Source of the DNA: Vicugna vicugna
Taxonomy: Eukaryota
DNA: 64,000 bases
Direction of reading: 5' to 3'
NCBI GenBank assembly: GCA_013265495.1
Contig: MU058037.1
Location: 931,498-995,497 of the forward strand
In this document: piece after piece, positions 26,400 to 39,361 of the stretch
Numbering within the stretch: the first letter of the stretch is position 1
Layout: each line of letters opens with the position of its first letter
Made by a program: the position numbers and the translations under genes
Notes under the pieces: generated by a model
What the model saw: only the letters and a program-made list of their open reading frames with translations
What the model was told of the DNA's origin: nothing
Databases searched by the model: none

Positions 26400-28540
26400 A
26401 CTGCCTGGTGAGGGAACCAAACAGGCAAAGATCTCAGAAGGGGAGGAAACAAGTGCAAAGGCCCAGGAGCTAAAATAAGCCTGGTGTTTTTGATAAACAG
26501 CAAGAAGGCCAGTGCGGCCAGATCAAAGTGAAGGAGGAGGAGAGTGATAAGAAATAAATTCAGCAAGGTCCAGATCGGCCCAGGATGCGGTAGGACATGG
26601 ACTTTTACTCCAACCGGGACGAAAATCCATTGAAGAATTATGAGCAGGGAAGGGCCATAATCTGGTTTACAACTTTTCAGAAGTGACTGTGTCTGATACG
26701 TGAAGAAAATTCTCCAGGCAAGTAAAAGGAGAAGCGGAGAAACAAGTTCGGGGGCTTCTTGTGATCTTCAGGAAGTTGATGGTGGCTTAGACTAGGTGGA
26801 GAATAATGGGGAGTAATGGAGAGAGGTTAGATTTGTGATCTACTTTGGAAGTAGAGCCAGCAAGAGTGGATGAAGAACGCAGACTGGGAGTAAAATTGGA
26901 AATTAACATGATTTCTGGATTTTCAGCATCTTTTAAGATTTATAAGAAGGGCAAACACTGGAGAAGTAAAGGCTTTACGGGCTCATTGGAAGTTCATATT
27001 TGGACATGGTAAGTTGGAGATGCTGGTAAGACATCCAAGTAAATATGCATATACGCCGCTGGATATATTCATTTGAAATTCAAGTAAAAGGCAGAGATAA
27101 AAACTGGATCATTAGGAGACAAATGAACTTATTTACAAAATAGAAACAGATTCACAGACATAGAAAACAAACTTGCAGTGACCAAAGGGGAAGAGGCGGA
27201 GGGGGATAAATTAGGAGTTTGGGATTAGCAGGTGCAAGGTACTATATACAAAATAGATAAACATAAGATCCTACTGTATAGCGCAGGGAACTATATTCAG
27301 TATCTTATAATAACCTGTAATGAAAAGAATATGTATATATGCGTATGACTGAATCACATGCTGTACACCAGAAACTGACACATTGTAAATCAACTATATC
27401 TCAATTAAAAAAAAAGAAAAGAAAAAATAAATACAACTATACGTATATCTTAAAAAAATACATTGGAATAATTAGTATATAGGGGTCTTATAAGTCATGG
27501 GACTGGTTGAGGCCCTTTAGAGACTAAATACTGATGGAGAAGGCAAAGGGAAGAAGGGAGGGGAGAGGAGGAGAGAAAAGGGGGCAAAAGGAGAAGACAG
27601 GACACAGCAGGGGACGGAGCCATGACCAAACGTAGAGATCATGTTGTGGTTGTTTGCTTCGATGGAAAATATTACAGCATGTTCACATGTTAATGGTAGA
27701 GAGGGGAGAATTTATGATGCACAAGAAAAGAGAAATAAGTGAAGGAACAAAGTCCTCAGGTAGTTGGAAAGGAATGGAGAGGATGCTCAGGGGACAGGTT
27801 GACCCCAGAGAGGAGCATAACGGACTAGTTGTGACAGGAGGGAAGGGAAAGCATAGAACTGATAGATGCCTACAAGTAAGTGAGTCGACTTAGTGGTGGA
27901 TGGACGAGGCTGTCCTTTTCTGAGAACTTTCATTTTCTCAGCGCATTAAAAAGTGAGATCATTAAGAAGAGTGAGAACTGACAGGAGGCATTAGGAGAAG
28001 GAGTTTCGGTAGCAAGAGGAAAAGGTAAGAAATAGGTGTCTCAGAGGAGGGGAGAGCTGACTGAGCAGGGAAATAGGCCATACTGGTCAAGCAAGTTGAA
28101 GTTTACAGTCATCAGTTTGAAGCAAGGCCAGCAGCAAGGTTGTGTGGTTTTTTTCCTGGTAACATTCAGCTCCTCAGAAGGAAAATGGGCAGAGGTCTGG
28201 GTTTCACCTGGCTCTGGAGGATCAAGTAACTTAGAGACCAGAGGTTTGAGGGGGAGATCTCCTTGGATGTCCGAGCTGCAGAAGAGTCATCACCAGAGTA
28301 GTAGTGGAGGGGCGGGCAGGAGCGAGCCATGGGCTAAAATCTCCGTCAAAAGCGAGATGGCGACAGAATGTCAGCAGGTGCAACAAAAGGTCGGCAATAG
28401 AATGCAAGGCAAGTAATATGGGGACATGTGCTTCAAAGGAGTTTAGCGTTTGAGGAGGAGGGAGGTGCAGAAAGGACATAATCCCAGCAGGTCCACAAGT
28501 AAAATGGTGAGGAGGGGGAGCCATAGGGACAGCAATGTCT
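26400..28540 (-). mobile_element. Long degenerate L2 fragment interrupted by an L1 3' end
   Basis: aagtgcaaaggcccaggag, ggacttttactc, tttggacatggtaagttggagatgc; purine-rich on the + strand throughout. Confidence 0.7.
27115..27460 (+). mobile_element. 5'-truncated cetartiodactyl-type L1 3' end
   Basis: gacaaatgaacttatttacaaaatagaaacagattcacagacatagaaaacaaactt; A tail. Confidence 0.92.
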
Positions 28541-28560
28541 TGAAAGGAGATCAGTTAGAC

Positions 28561-28772
28561 CAGTGGTTCTCAGCCAGGGGCAATTCTGCCCCCCTAAGGG
28601 ACATTTGGCAGCGTCTGGAGACATTTTTAGCAGTTGAAACCTGTTGGGGAGAGGGAATACTTGTGGCTTTCAGTGGGGAGAGGGCAAGGAGGCTGCTGAA
28701 CATCCCAAGAGTGCACAGGACAGCCCCCACCCCCAGCAAAGAATGATCCAGCCCAAAGTGTCAATAGTGCTG
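28561..28772 (+). mobile_element. MER20 MITE
   Basis: cagtggttctcagccaggggcaattctgcccccctaagggacatttggcagcgtctggagacatttt...cccaaagtgtcaatagtgctg. Confidence 0.9.
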
Positions 28773-31048
28773 GGGGCGGGGGTGTGTGTTAGGGTTGGGG
28801 GGACGATACTAACAGGAGCTTAATCTAAGTTTCAAATCTAATCCCTGAAAGGAAGACAGAGTTTGCTTGTACAGTTTCAAGACAGATGTCTATAAATGGG
28901 CAAAAAAAATCAGTCATAAAATCCTATATTAAAATGTCACATTTTGAAAATGATGGAAACTGAATACGTGCAGTGTGATAAAAAAAAATTTTGGAAAGTG
29001 TTACTGTGCCAGATGAATGTACCTTAAATGTGTCATTTAGATTCTGACAGTTTCAAATGCTCCCTTTTTGTTCTCTCCTTTGTGCTAGAACACTGCAAAT
29101 TCAGGGGAACTAGGGGATCTCTTGGTGTTGAAGACATTCTCTTCTATTTTCGTGGCGTTATCCAGTTGAAGAAAAAGCTATAGACTTCATAAAAATATTT
29201 TTTCCCCAAAACAGAGGAATAATTTCACTGAGTTTTTTTTAATGAAAATAACATTAATGAATATCCACTCTGTGCCAAGAACTGTGACCCAAAGGAACAG
29301 AGTACTTTAATTATAGCATTTCTAGTTATTTCATTAAAACACATTCTCTCAGGGCAAATCAAAAGAGTCAAAAGTTAAAGATGAGTAGTCACATTCAAGT
29401 GTAATGTTTTAAAGTTTACAAGGATTTTTAAATTTGCCCATGAAGGAAATATCACATTTTAAAAAGTGCCACTTCAAATTAAAAATATATCTGTGATTTA
29501 AACCATTGACTAAGATTTCAATAGCAGGCATATTAAAATTTAGTCAATAGTCAAAACACTGTTTACAACCCTGGATTATTTTATTTCGAATTTTAAACCG
29601 TGCATTGTACATCCAGATTATTCACAGATATTTCCCTGATGAGCACATGACCAAATGCTATCAATATACCTATTTGAGTGACTGAGTTAAAATTCCACAC
29701 TAGTGATTTTTAAGCTGTCCTTTTAGCTTACTTCTTTGCCACCTTGTCAGGATGTCTCCTTGGTCTCAAGGGGAGCCGAGTTGCCGCATGTGGATACATC
29801 AACACAAATTCAGCAATACTGCTGGGAAAACATCCTAACAGTGGTAATGAGTGTAAGGAAAACAGATGACATCTCACTTTAAAACAGTGTTTAAATGTCA
29901 GTAAGGTGTTTTGGTCTGTGTGAATGATAGAGCATCTGTAAAAAAGAAAAAAAGCTGTTTCTAAATAACTCTGTTATTGAGGTGGTTCATAAATTTTGGT
30001 GTAGGGATCCTCTTGCTAGGACTACCAAGCCAAGAACTATTTGTAAGTGAAGTTGTAGCCAGTCCACTTCTCCCACCGCACAAGTAAATCTGGATGGAAA
30101 GGGATTGAGGTGGGCAAGTGAAAAGGAATGAAGTCATTTTTCCCTTTACAGAGGGGAAAAGAAAAGGGTGTGGGAGGGAATGAGAAAATTACTCTATCCA
30201 TCTAAAACACCTTGTGTAAGGCTTTTTTTTCCTTCTCTTTTTATTTTTCTGCCTAATGGAAAAGTAAACAAGAAAGAGGAAAGAGAGGGGAAGACAGGAG
30301 GGAGGAAGAGGATAGGAGAGAGGAGGAGGGGACAGGGAGGGAGGCAAGAGAAATAGATTCAGGGAAAGGAGTGGGGAGGGGAGAGGAACAGAGATGCTGC
30401 GTCATCGTGTCCCCCCTGCCCCGCCACCACAGCACTCCTCCTCTGGCTGCTGATGGAGACCCAGGCTGAGAGGGAAGCTGCAGTCCTGTTGTGAATGAAG
30501 AAGACAGGAGGACTTTAGATCAAAGCAAAGTCACAGAGCAGTAAAGCCAGGAAGAGCTGGGGGGGGGGGTGTTCAGCACCACAGAAAGCAGATGAGAAAA
30601 AGGAGCCAAAGGTTTCCCTTTCAAAAGATGTACGAGTTAAGAGAGAGGAAGGCCAGCCATTATCAGAGTTATCAAATGGTGAACAAAGGAAGTGTTTTAA
30701 CTTAGGCTGGCTAACTTTACAAGCTGCAATTAAGTAGCCATTTTCAATGTTGTGTCTTTTATAATGCCAGTTGACTAAAAAGATGCACGTTTGATAATTA
30801 TAGTGTAGAAAATGCAGGGTTATTCATCTTTGGGAGGGAATGTAGGCAGAAAATACTATCCAAGCTTCAGGAAAATTGTCCCGGCCACACTGAAACATGA
30901 AGGCGGCACTGGCACCCATGCAGCATTCAATAAATGTTTGTTAAAAGGGTCAATAAAAGAATTGTTAAAAGGTAAACTGAGGCATATTAAAATCTTCAAG
31001 AGTTTATCTGAGCAAAAATCAATTGGAATCAGACAACATACAATCTAG

Positions 31049-32187
31049 TGAAACAGAGCAGGGCCCTGTGGGGCTCTCCCAAGTATAAAACCCTTTTTGT
31101 GTCCCCTGTTTCTTGTTTGTAGGGAAAAGGCTTCAGCCTCCTAGACCCTCCCTGAGTTCCAAAGGGCAGATTCTAACAGTTGCTAATCAGGGAAGGGAGG
31201 GGAGGCTGAAACCAAGGAGGAGCAGTCAAGAAACAATAGCGCAGCCTAGGGGCAGGGTCCTGGTTCCAACTCAAGGAATATACATACAATATCTTTGAGT
31301 TCTTCTGCAGGAGCTAAGGGCCCCAACCCAGATGGAGGATGGTAACTTCAGGCCAGATGACAAGATTCCTGGAACACCACCCCGTTACCTCACCACCAAC
31401 TAATCAGAAGAAAGTCACACGCCCTGCAGCCTTCATCCCAAATTTTACCTTTAAAAATCCTTCCCTGAAAACTGCTGTAAGCAGAAAGGGTAAGGGGTCC
31501 CCGGAGAAAGAGAACCAGGCGTGGCTTTCTTGACATAAGAGAAACCATTTTGGCCTGAGTCAGGCCACGATGCTGTACTTGAACAGACCTCAGCAATTCC
31601 TGATCTTAAGGGAAGTGAGGGAATGCAGGAACAAAGGAAAAGCAGTCAAGAAACAAGTTCAGCAATAAAACAGAGTCCGAGTTCCTCCTCAAGGGATTTA
31701 CGGAACAACCTGACACTTTCAGCTCTGGAGGAACTAAGGCCCCCACCCAGGTGGAGGATGGGAGGAGGATGTTGACCTTTTCTGACCCTCATGACTCCAA
31801 TCCACTAAAGCTTGGACTTTCTCAACCTTTGCCCAAGTTCTATGCTGAACTTTCCTCTGCTCAAGCCCCTTCATGAATATTCAGCTGCCCTTACCTTCAA
31901 ATTTCCCGTTTTGCTGCTGGGGAGGCACTGCTTTGGGAACGATCCCCAGTGCTCTCCTTACTGGCTGCCAGTAACGACTCCTCCCTTCTTCCGATCTTTG
32001 GCCTGGTTGTGTCTTTTGGCTCGACAGCCACCGAGGGGCAAACCCAGTTTTTCAGGTAACACCATCAGGAAGTTCGTGGGTTTTGAGCACAAGCCGCCCA
32101 ACCTCCTTGTTCAGCCCTGCTCCAAAGGCCAACACTTCGGTTTCTTTGGACTCACTGTGCGTCGGGCACAAACTTGCACTTGGCAAC
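31049..32187 (+). mobile_element. Middle ERV1-type LTR (pieces 31049-31475 and 32062-~32187)
   Basis: Starts tgaaacagagcagggccct and ends ...ttggcaac; reads continuously across the inner insertion; shares motifs with the inner LTR. Confidence 0.65.
31476..32061 (+). mobile_element. Inner ERV1-type solo LTR
   Basis: tgtaagc...ggtaaca TG..CA termini; shares gcagtcaagaaacaa and ctaagg..ccc.cccag.tggaggatgg with the middle LTR. Confidence 0.75.
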
Positions 32188-33334
32188 TTCATTTCTGGGA
32201 GAACCAAAGCTGTAATTAAGTCTCAGTTTGGGGACATGGGGCTTAGCATAAAGCCACTCCATTTTGGGCCGGTTGTCTTGTTTTCAACAGAATGAATGGA
32301 TGCATGTATAAATGAAGAAATGAAGGCAAGCAAGCTGATCACAGAATCCTTCAAATTTCAGGAAACGAATGTTAAGATTGAAAAAGCAAACTCTGGAAGA
32401 GAAAAAACCAGCATTACAAACTAACAGAAAATGCCTTCTTCCGCGGTTGAGAGCATCGCTCAGCTTTTAATAACAGAGTATATGCATATTTATATGGAAT
32501 TAAATTCATGGACTTGACAGCTTAATTTACAGTGTTTTCTCCTCACCACTATGTTTCTTCAGAAATCTGCTAAACAAGAACTAAATGCCCAAATGTATGC
32601 ACTGTGGCGTTTCCGATGTTGAACGACAATAAGGAACCTCTGTGGTGTACTGTGACAGGCATTTCCTCCCAGGAAAGCTTTCCAGGATCTAACACTTGGA
32701 TCCCACTTGTGATGCTTGAGACAGAATGATTTGCCCCCCATTAAACATGCTTTTCAGTTAATCCTCTCAAAAGTGCATTCCTAAGCCAACCTAAGAGCTC
32801 TGTGCATTAAGAGATTTGGTCAATGACCATCAGCTCACCAAGTAGTGGAGTTCTTTTACCTGCAAATTTCCCCTGATAGTCCTTGCTTTAAATATGCAGG
32901 CGCGGGGAGATGGGCTGGGGAATCAAGCCAAGAAGAGAGTGTGAATTATCAGCACATCACAGCCTTGGAAATTGGCAAGCCCGCTTCATAAGTAGAAATA
33001 TCCCTTAGCAGAGGCCATCTGTCTCATATTCCATGTTGAGTCTTTTACCTGTTCTTTTTAAGTAACAAAATATGGCACAGCAGGAACTTACCACCCAAAG
33101 GACATGTCTTGAAGAGTGAATTAATGGCTCCATCTAAAAGGACTCCAAGTATTGGCTATGAGTCTGGGGAAGGAGCAAGGCTGGCCTTACCCTACCCTTC
33201 CAACCTGACTTAGCACTTCCCTCCCCACATGTGCACCCGCCAAGAAGAAATAACCAGGCTCAGCTTGGTCTCCTCTGGCGTTATTTTGGTGACCTTTACT
33301 TAGTTTTGGTGAAATAGTCAAATAGTAAGATAGG

Positions 33335-33515
33335 TGACTTCTGGATTCAAACCCAACACCTTCACTTTCCGGCAATGTAATCCTGGAAGAAGTAACTGGA
33401 ACCTCTCCATTACTCAGTTTCTTCATCTGCAAAATGGGTTAAGAGCAGTACAAATTGTGTGGGGTTAATGCATATAAAATGTTTGGCACAGTGGCATACA
33501 ATACACACTTACTTG
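33335..33515 (+). mobile_element. MIR SINE
   Basis: ctggattcaaaccc...ctcagtttcttcatctgcaaaatggg...tttggcacagtggcatacaat. Confidence 0.8.
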
Positions 33516-33626
33516 ATTTTGCCAATAATTATACCATCTATCATTAGAATTATAGCTATCCAATGGAATCATGAAACCTTTAAGGTAGTAGAGGTTTTAA
33601 GAGCACTAAAAATAACAGCTCCCGGT

Positions 33627-33751
33627 GGGGAGGGAATAGTTCAGTGGTAGAGCGCATGCTTAGCATGCACAAGGTCCTGGGTTCAATTCCCAGCACCTCC
33701 ATTTAAAAATAAATAAATAAACTTAACTACCTCCAAAACAAACCAAAAAAA
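33627..33751 (+). mobile_element. tRNA(Ala)-derived SINE, vic-1-like (camelid)
   Basis: ggggagggaatagttcagtggtagagcgcatgcttagcatgcacaaggtcctgggttcaattcccagcacctcc; AT-rich tail; degenerate TSD ending gctccc on both sides. Confidence 0.9.
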
Positions 33752-34017
33752 TGGCTCCCCATTTAAACTCCACTGTTACTATTGTTTTATTTTGTCTTTA
33801 GTACAGATCCTCTAGGTTCTACCCCTAGAAACTGTGACTGAATTGATCTGGGTGGAGTCTGGGCACTGGGATGTTTTTTAATCTCTCCCAGTGATCCCAG
33901 TATACAGCCAGAGTGAAAAACTACTGACATACCACAACCCCCCTCATTTTACAGATGAGGAGCCTGAATGTCGAAAAGCTGACCTGACCTCCTCATGGTG
34001 ACATGGCTATTTCATAT

Positions 34018-34481
34018 TGTCAGAAGAAGATACAAAGCTGACTGTAGTTAAACTGGTAAAAACAGATTTTGTTCAGGACTATTGCTATAGAAGAAAAGAG
34101 ACGTCAGTACAGAACCAGGGTCAATTCCCAATACAGCATGGGCAAGGGGGATTTTATAACCAAGGAACAGGGAGGGAGTCAGTGGATGGAAAATTACTAA
34201 GAGAAACATGGGGGCAAGGGAGGTTCTAGCTAAACCCACCTAACAGGACACTTGCTGGAGACAGGCCAAGGTGGTCAGATATCACCTGGGGGATGAATGA
34301 GGATGAGGAACCCATTCAAATATTGAGGGTGATCAGATATTGAGGGTGGGAGGGGCTGGTTCTGGGTAAACTGACTTGCCCGGGTTGTTGCCAAAACCGG
34401 ACATTAAATGTAAATGCACATGGGCCTAAGAGAAGGTTCAGGAGCCTGAGTAAAGTTTGGTCAAGCAAAGAATCTTTGTCA
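34018..34481 (-). mobile_element. MER67/MER31-family ERV1 solo LTR inserted into a MIR
   Basis: Reverse complement begins tgacaaagattctttgcttgaccaaactttactcaggctcctgaacc; TG..CA termini; TSD atat/gtat. Confidence 0.8.
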
Positions 34482-35689
34482 GTATGCCCAAGTCTCCAGC
34501 CCAATGCGGGTACCCTGTCCACTGCTTATAACCCTAACGTGTCTCCTCAGTAAGGTTCTATCTGACAACATATTACTTACCTTCTAAAGTAGGTATTTTC
34601 ACCTACAAGAGGGCTTTGGAAAAGAAGAAAGATGGCCAGTCCTTTGGTGGGAGTCAGCCCTCAAGGGGCCAAGGGGCAGCACAGTCCTCGGTCTAGGGAA
34701 CCTAAGAGATCAGGGGTCTTAGACCCAAAGATGATTTTGTGGTCCTGGGCAGTGAGGCACAAGTGGCTTGGATGTTATCACCAGAAGCACATGTGACTGA
34801 GGGCTGTCCTGGTGCAGGCTTCCCTGCCTGGTGGTCCACACAATGGCAGTTAGGAAATGGACAAGAAAGTCATGTTTACAAGAACCTGTTCCACATCCAG
34901 GCATGCCTTGGCCTACTTCTATTTCTCTTCATTCTGGATTATGGATGTCTAAGTATGAAAGCTGAAACCTTACACAACATACATTTGGTGATGCAGCAGC
35001 CTTACTCCAGCCCAGGCCCATTCCTACCTCTGGGTCTCTGATTATGCTGTTCCACTCTCCAGTAGTGCCCTTCCTCCTCCTTCTCCTCCTTCTTTTTCTC
35101 TATGCAAAAGTCTATTCATTCCTCAGGGTCCACCTTTGTCTTAACTAGCTCTACCTTGAAAATTTCCTCTTGCCTGTGGACTATCACACTGAGTCAATAT
35201 CAGACAGTTCAATATTTAATCCAATTTAGAAACTCAATTATGAGCTCCTAAGGGTTAGGGAATTGTAGGAACATTTTTCTGTATCTAATACAACACTAGA
35301 ATATGGCTGAACACATCAGATTCTCGATAAACAACTCTGGCTTGATTTATTTGGGGTCTATTACTTCTTAAAGTGTAGGATAGTGAAGGAAAAAATACGG
35401 ATAAGCTACGAATAAAAAACTTAATGAGTAGATAAACATTTTAAGAATATATAGAGGAGGAACTAATATAACAAGGAGGAAATAAACATGTAAGGAAACG
35501 AAACCTCTACTCCAGAGGGCAAAAGTGGGCCTCCTGGAGCTGAGCATGGAATGGAAGATGGCTCCTTAAAACCCTTGTTCTCAATTCACATAGAAAATTT
35601 ACAAGGAGAGGAGAGGAGCACTGCTTTGTTCCCTTTGAAATCCACAGGGAAACTTCATGACCTTCAGTAATACTTCAGATTATTGTTCA

Positions 35690-36120
35690 ACAGCTTCCTT
35701 CACTGCCCTCACTGCCCCAACCCACTGTGGATACCCTATACTTCCTTGACCTCTTGATGTTGGACTTCACCATGTGACTTGCTTTGAATAATGTCATGTT
35801 GGAAGACATGGCACAAGCAAGGCCTTACATGTACAACCAATGTGCTTGTGGAATTGGGCTTGGCTTTTTCATGACAAAATTCATTGACAGGAAGACCACA
35901 CCATGATAGCCACCACTCCTTTAGCCTGGGCTCTGTAAAGAAACACATGAACCCAACCCACCACCTGGAGCCAAGTCCAGCCAACCTGCCACCCAGCTCT
36001 AACCAGCAAACCACAATCAATTTACAGACCTATGAACAGAATAGGTGCCTGTTGTTATAAGCCACTGAGTTTTTGGGGTGTTTGCTATGCAGCATTATTA
36101 TGACAGCAGCTGGTTAATAA
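35690..36120 (+). mobile_element. MLT1 (MLT1J-like) solo LTR
   Basis: ccatgtgacttgctttg; 3' end tgttataagccactgagtttttggggtgtttgctatgcagcattattatgacagcagctggttaata. Confidence 0.8.
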
Positions 36121-37874
36121 ACCTTACGTAGTGTGAAGGGGAACATTGGGTTGAATGTGTTGAAAGGAATAACCCAGATAAATTCATTATCTGAGTACCA
36201 CACACCTGGTTTTATAGCTTACATGACTCACAGCCCTCTCAGTTACAGGCAGCTAGAAACAAAGATCTATGAGAGAGAAAATATCTTCCTGCTCATGCAA
36301 GCATTTTCTTCAATATTAGCTCCAGAACTTCTACAGAAAAGGAGCTTTGGAGAGGTAATAAGATGGGGTAAGGGGAGCTGCAGAGAGCCCAAATCTGGAT
36401 TTGCACAACACTTAACTGAGAAATGTCAACTCTCTTCCATGTGGAAGGTGTGAGGTAGCCAATGACAATGAGGAGGGAGGTCTGGAAAAGCCTTTATGCT
36501 ACCCTTTGGTGTCCGATGTCTCTTCCTCCATATGAACCCTGTGGAGGGAGGGAAGGTAAACACCTGCAAGTTTCAACAGGACTCATCTGATCCTAGAACA
36601 AGGTACTAAACTAATGATACTTTATCTGGGGCTTTGAAGAAGCTAAAACCATAGCTTCTTAGCTCTGTTCCCCTATGTTCATAGGGACAACTAGAGGGAA
36701 AGAAAAACTGAAGGTAAAGATAAAAAGCTGACGTATTCAGGACTGTAACATCTCCATTCAGTAATATGCCACAGTATCTTTACATTTTATATATAGACAC
36801 ATATATATTGATTTTTTCAAAAGATAATACATTCGTCTGATTGAACACATCTGTGTATATATACGTATTCATGTATGTTTATGTATTTCCATGTCTACAT
36901 AGAGAAAACTCTCTCTCCCATGCTGTCCCACATTAGTCTACTTCCCTATCCCCTAAAATCCACAAGTAAACACTTTTATTCATTTCTCAAATATATTTCC
37001 AGAACTGCTCTAGGCAAAGAGAAATATGGCATTATAATTTTCTCATTTTTAACACAGAAGATAGCATACTATACCCACTGTCCTATACTTTTTTTAATAC
37101 CTCATAATATATCCTGGAGATTTTTCCATTTCAGGATATAGAGACCTTCATCATTATTTTTTAATAGCCACATAATATTCGATTCCTTGATTGTTACTGT
37201 GGCCTTTTGAACTTCCAATAAGACTGTGTTATTGCTTGAATGATTCCAAGTTTTATATTTCTTAGAGATAAATGGTTTTATCACTACATTTATTATAAAT
37301 GGGATAATAATGATTCAAACTGAAAATGTGATAATTACAGGATGAGTTTTATTGGCGTCTGAAAACAATCTCTGAGATGTTGGGAACCTTAGTTTAAAAA
37401 AATTCAGGAAGTCCAAAGACTTCTTGGCAGAAAATGTGACTCTAGGAGTCAGACACTCCTCTGGGGGAACCATCATTACAAAACAGAGGAAGAATGGAGC
37501 CATAGTCATGAAACACCCACAAGATGTGAGCTAAGAGATCTTGTCCTTAGCTGTTCATGTGTTAAATCTTTCCCTGGGGAGCAAACTAAATGGGGTAGAG
37601 CAAAGTCCTCCCTTGTTTTCTAGTAGAATTCTGGGGACTTGACTACTATTTCCACAGGTCTTTGGGGGCCGTGTTTTCTCTCATTTCCAACCTCTCCCGA
37701 GGCACCATCTGGGTTTGGATTTTATGTCTGTTCAAACTCTCACTTTTATAAAATTAGATTCCTTGCTTTACAGATAACTGTGAGATTTTTAAAACCGTCC
37801 ATAGATAAAGTTCTTCCTTTTGCTGATTAAATCTTAAGCTTAGTCTCGTCTTAAATAAATCCTAACCTTCATTA

Positions 37875-38262
37875 TAGTTGTTTTAGTTATCAATTGTTAC
37901 ATAACAAACTTCCCCAAAATGTAGTAGCTCAAAATAAAGGTCTTCTTTTCCTCACGGTTTTGTAGGAATTCAGGAAAGGAGGGCAGCTCACCTCTGCTCC
38001 ACATGGTATCAACCCAGGAAGACAGTGGATACGCCCCCTCCAGACTTCTTCTTCAGCAGCTCAGGGCTTTAAGGGTGGTCTGAGGGACAGGATGAGGCAG
38101 TCTCTTCTAGCCTAACCCCAGAAATTACCACAGTGTCACTTCCACGATAGTCTCTTGGTCAAAACAGTCACAAAGCTTGCCCGTATTCAAGGAGAAGGGA
38201 CACAGGGCTCACCTTTTGATAGAAAAAAAATCACATAATTTGTAACCATATTTAATCTGTCA
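37875..38262 (-). mobile_element. MLT1 solo LTR
   Basis: ttagttatcaattgttacataacaaacttccccaaaatgtagtagctcaaa; tggtcaaaacagtcacaaagc. Confidence 0.75.
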
Positions 38263-38339
38263 TAAAGGGGATATAATACATTCCATTCCTTAAAATTCTG
38301 ACACCTTTTAAAGTTTCACTCAGAAATTGAAAGTCTTCC

Positions 38340-38735
38340 AAATACAGTATGATCTCACTTATATATGGAATCTAAAAATGTCTAACCACAGAAGCAGAGA
38401 GTAGAATGGAGGCTGCCAGGGGCTAGGGGTGGGGGAAATGGGGAGATGTTGCTCAAAGGGGACAAACTTCCAGTTATAAGATGAAAAAGTTCTGGAGATT
38501 CAATGTACAGCATGATGACTAGAATTAATAATACTGTATTAGATACTAAAAATTTGCTAAGCGAGTAGATCTTAAGTGTTCTCAACACACACACAAAAGG
38601 TTAACTATGTGAGGTGATGGATATGTTAATTATCTTGATTGTGGTAATCATTTCACAATGTGTAAGTATATTAAATCATCACATTGTATACCTTATATAC
38701 AATTTTATTGGTCAGTTATAAAAAACAAAATATGT
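38340..38735 (+). mobile_element. L1MA-like 3' end
   Basis: atgatctcacttatatatggaatctaaaa, agatcttaagtgttctcaacac, aactatgtgaggtgatggatatgttaatt. Confidence 0.9.
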
Positions 38736-39054
38736 TAAAATTAATTTTTTTTAATTTTAAAGAAATGAAGTCCTCATCACACTCATTTGAATTGGGAGAT
38801 GCTTTGGCTGATTTGCAGCTGTGCATACTATAAAAAGCATAAACCAGCATAGTCTTGGGGAGGACGAGATAGATTTGTCTCTATCACAGAGCAGTGAGCC
38901 CCTCTTTGGTGTCTAAAAATAAAATTCTCACATAACGTTCTAACATCCCAGAGAGGTGAAAAATGATTAACTGTTTGGAATATGAAACAGGATGACATGT
39001 GAACTCACCTTAAGGTGTTATGAAACCTCAGTGACAGCTGTACTTCTACTGGAA

Positions 39055-39350
39055 TAGCGTGGGAGTGTGTTTAGAAACACAGGTTCCACAGATGGACCAC
39101 TGGAGTTTGAATCCAAGTTCAGCCATTTACTTACTATGTGACATTAGGAAAGTGACAAAAGCTCTCTATGTCTAGTGTCTTATCTATAAATTTAGGTATA
39201 TGATATATATGTGTGTACATGTATATAAATTTAGGTATATAAGTGTATAAATTCAGATATACAGATATATATATATATATAATAGGAATGTGATGAGAAG
39301 TATAACAGATAGTGCATAAACTTAATGTGGCATCTTTTAAGTGCTTCATT
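39055..39350 (+). mobile_element. MIR SINE with an internal AT-rich simple-sequence expansion
   Basis: ggagtttgaatccaagttcagccatttacttactatgtgacattagga. Confidence 0.7.
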
Positions 39351-39361
39351 TGGTTGAAATA

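Larger units (their letters stand above)
30963..32289 (-). mobile_element. Outer ERV1-type LTR (pieces 30963-31048 and ~32188-32289) split by nested LTRs
   Basis: tgttaaaa...ttttcaaca termini with an exact 4-bp TSD gaat (30959-30962 and 32290-32293); sits in an L2 tail; orientation inferred. Confidence 0.7.
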
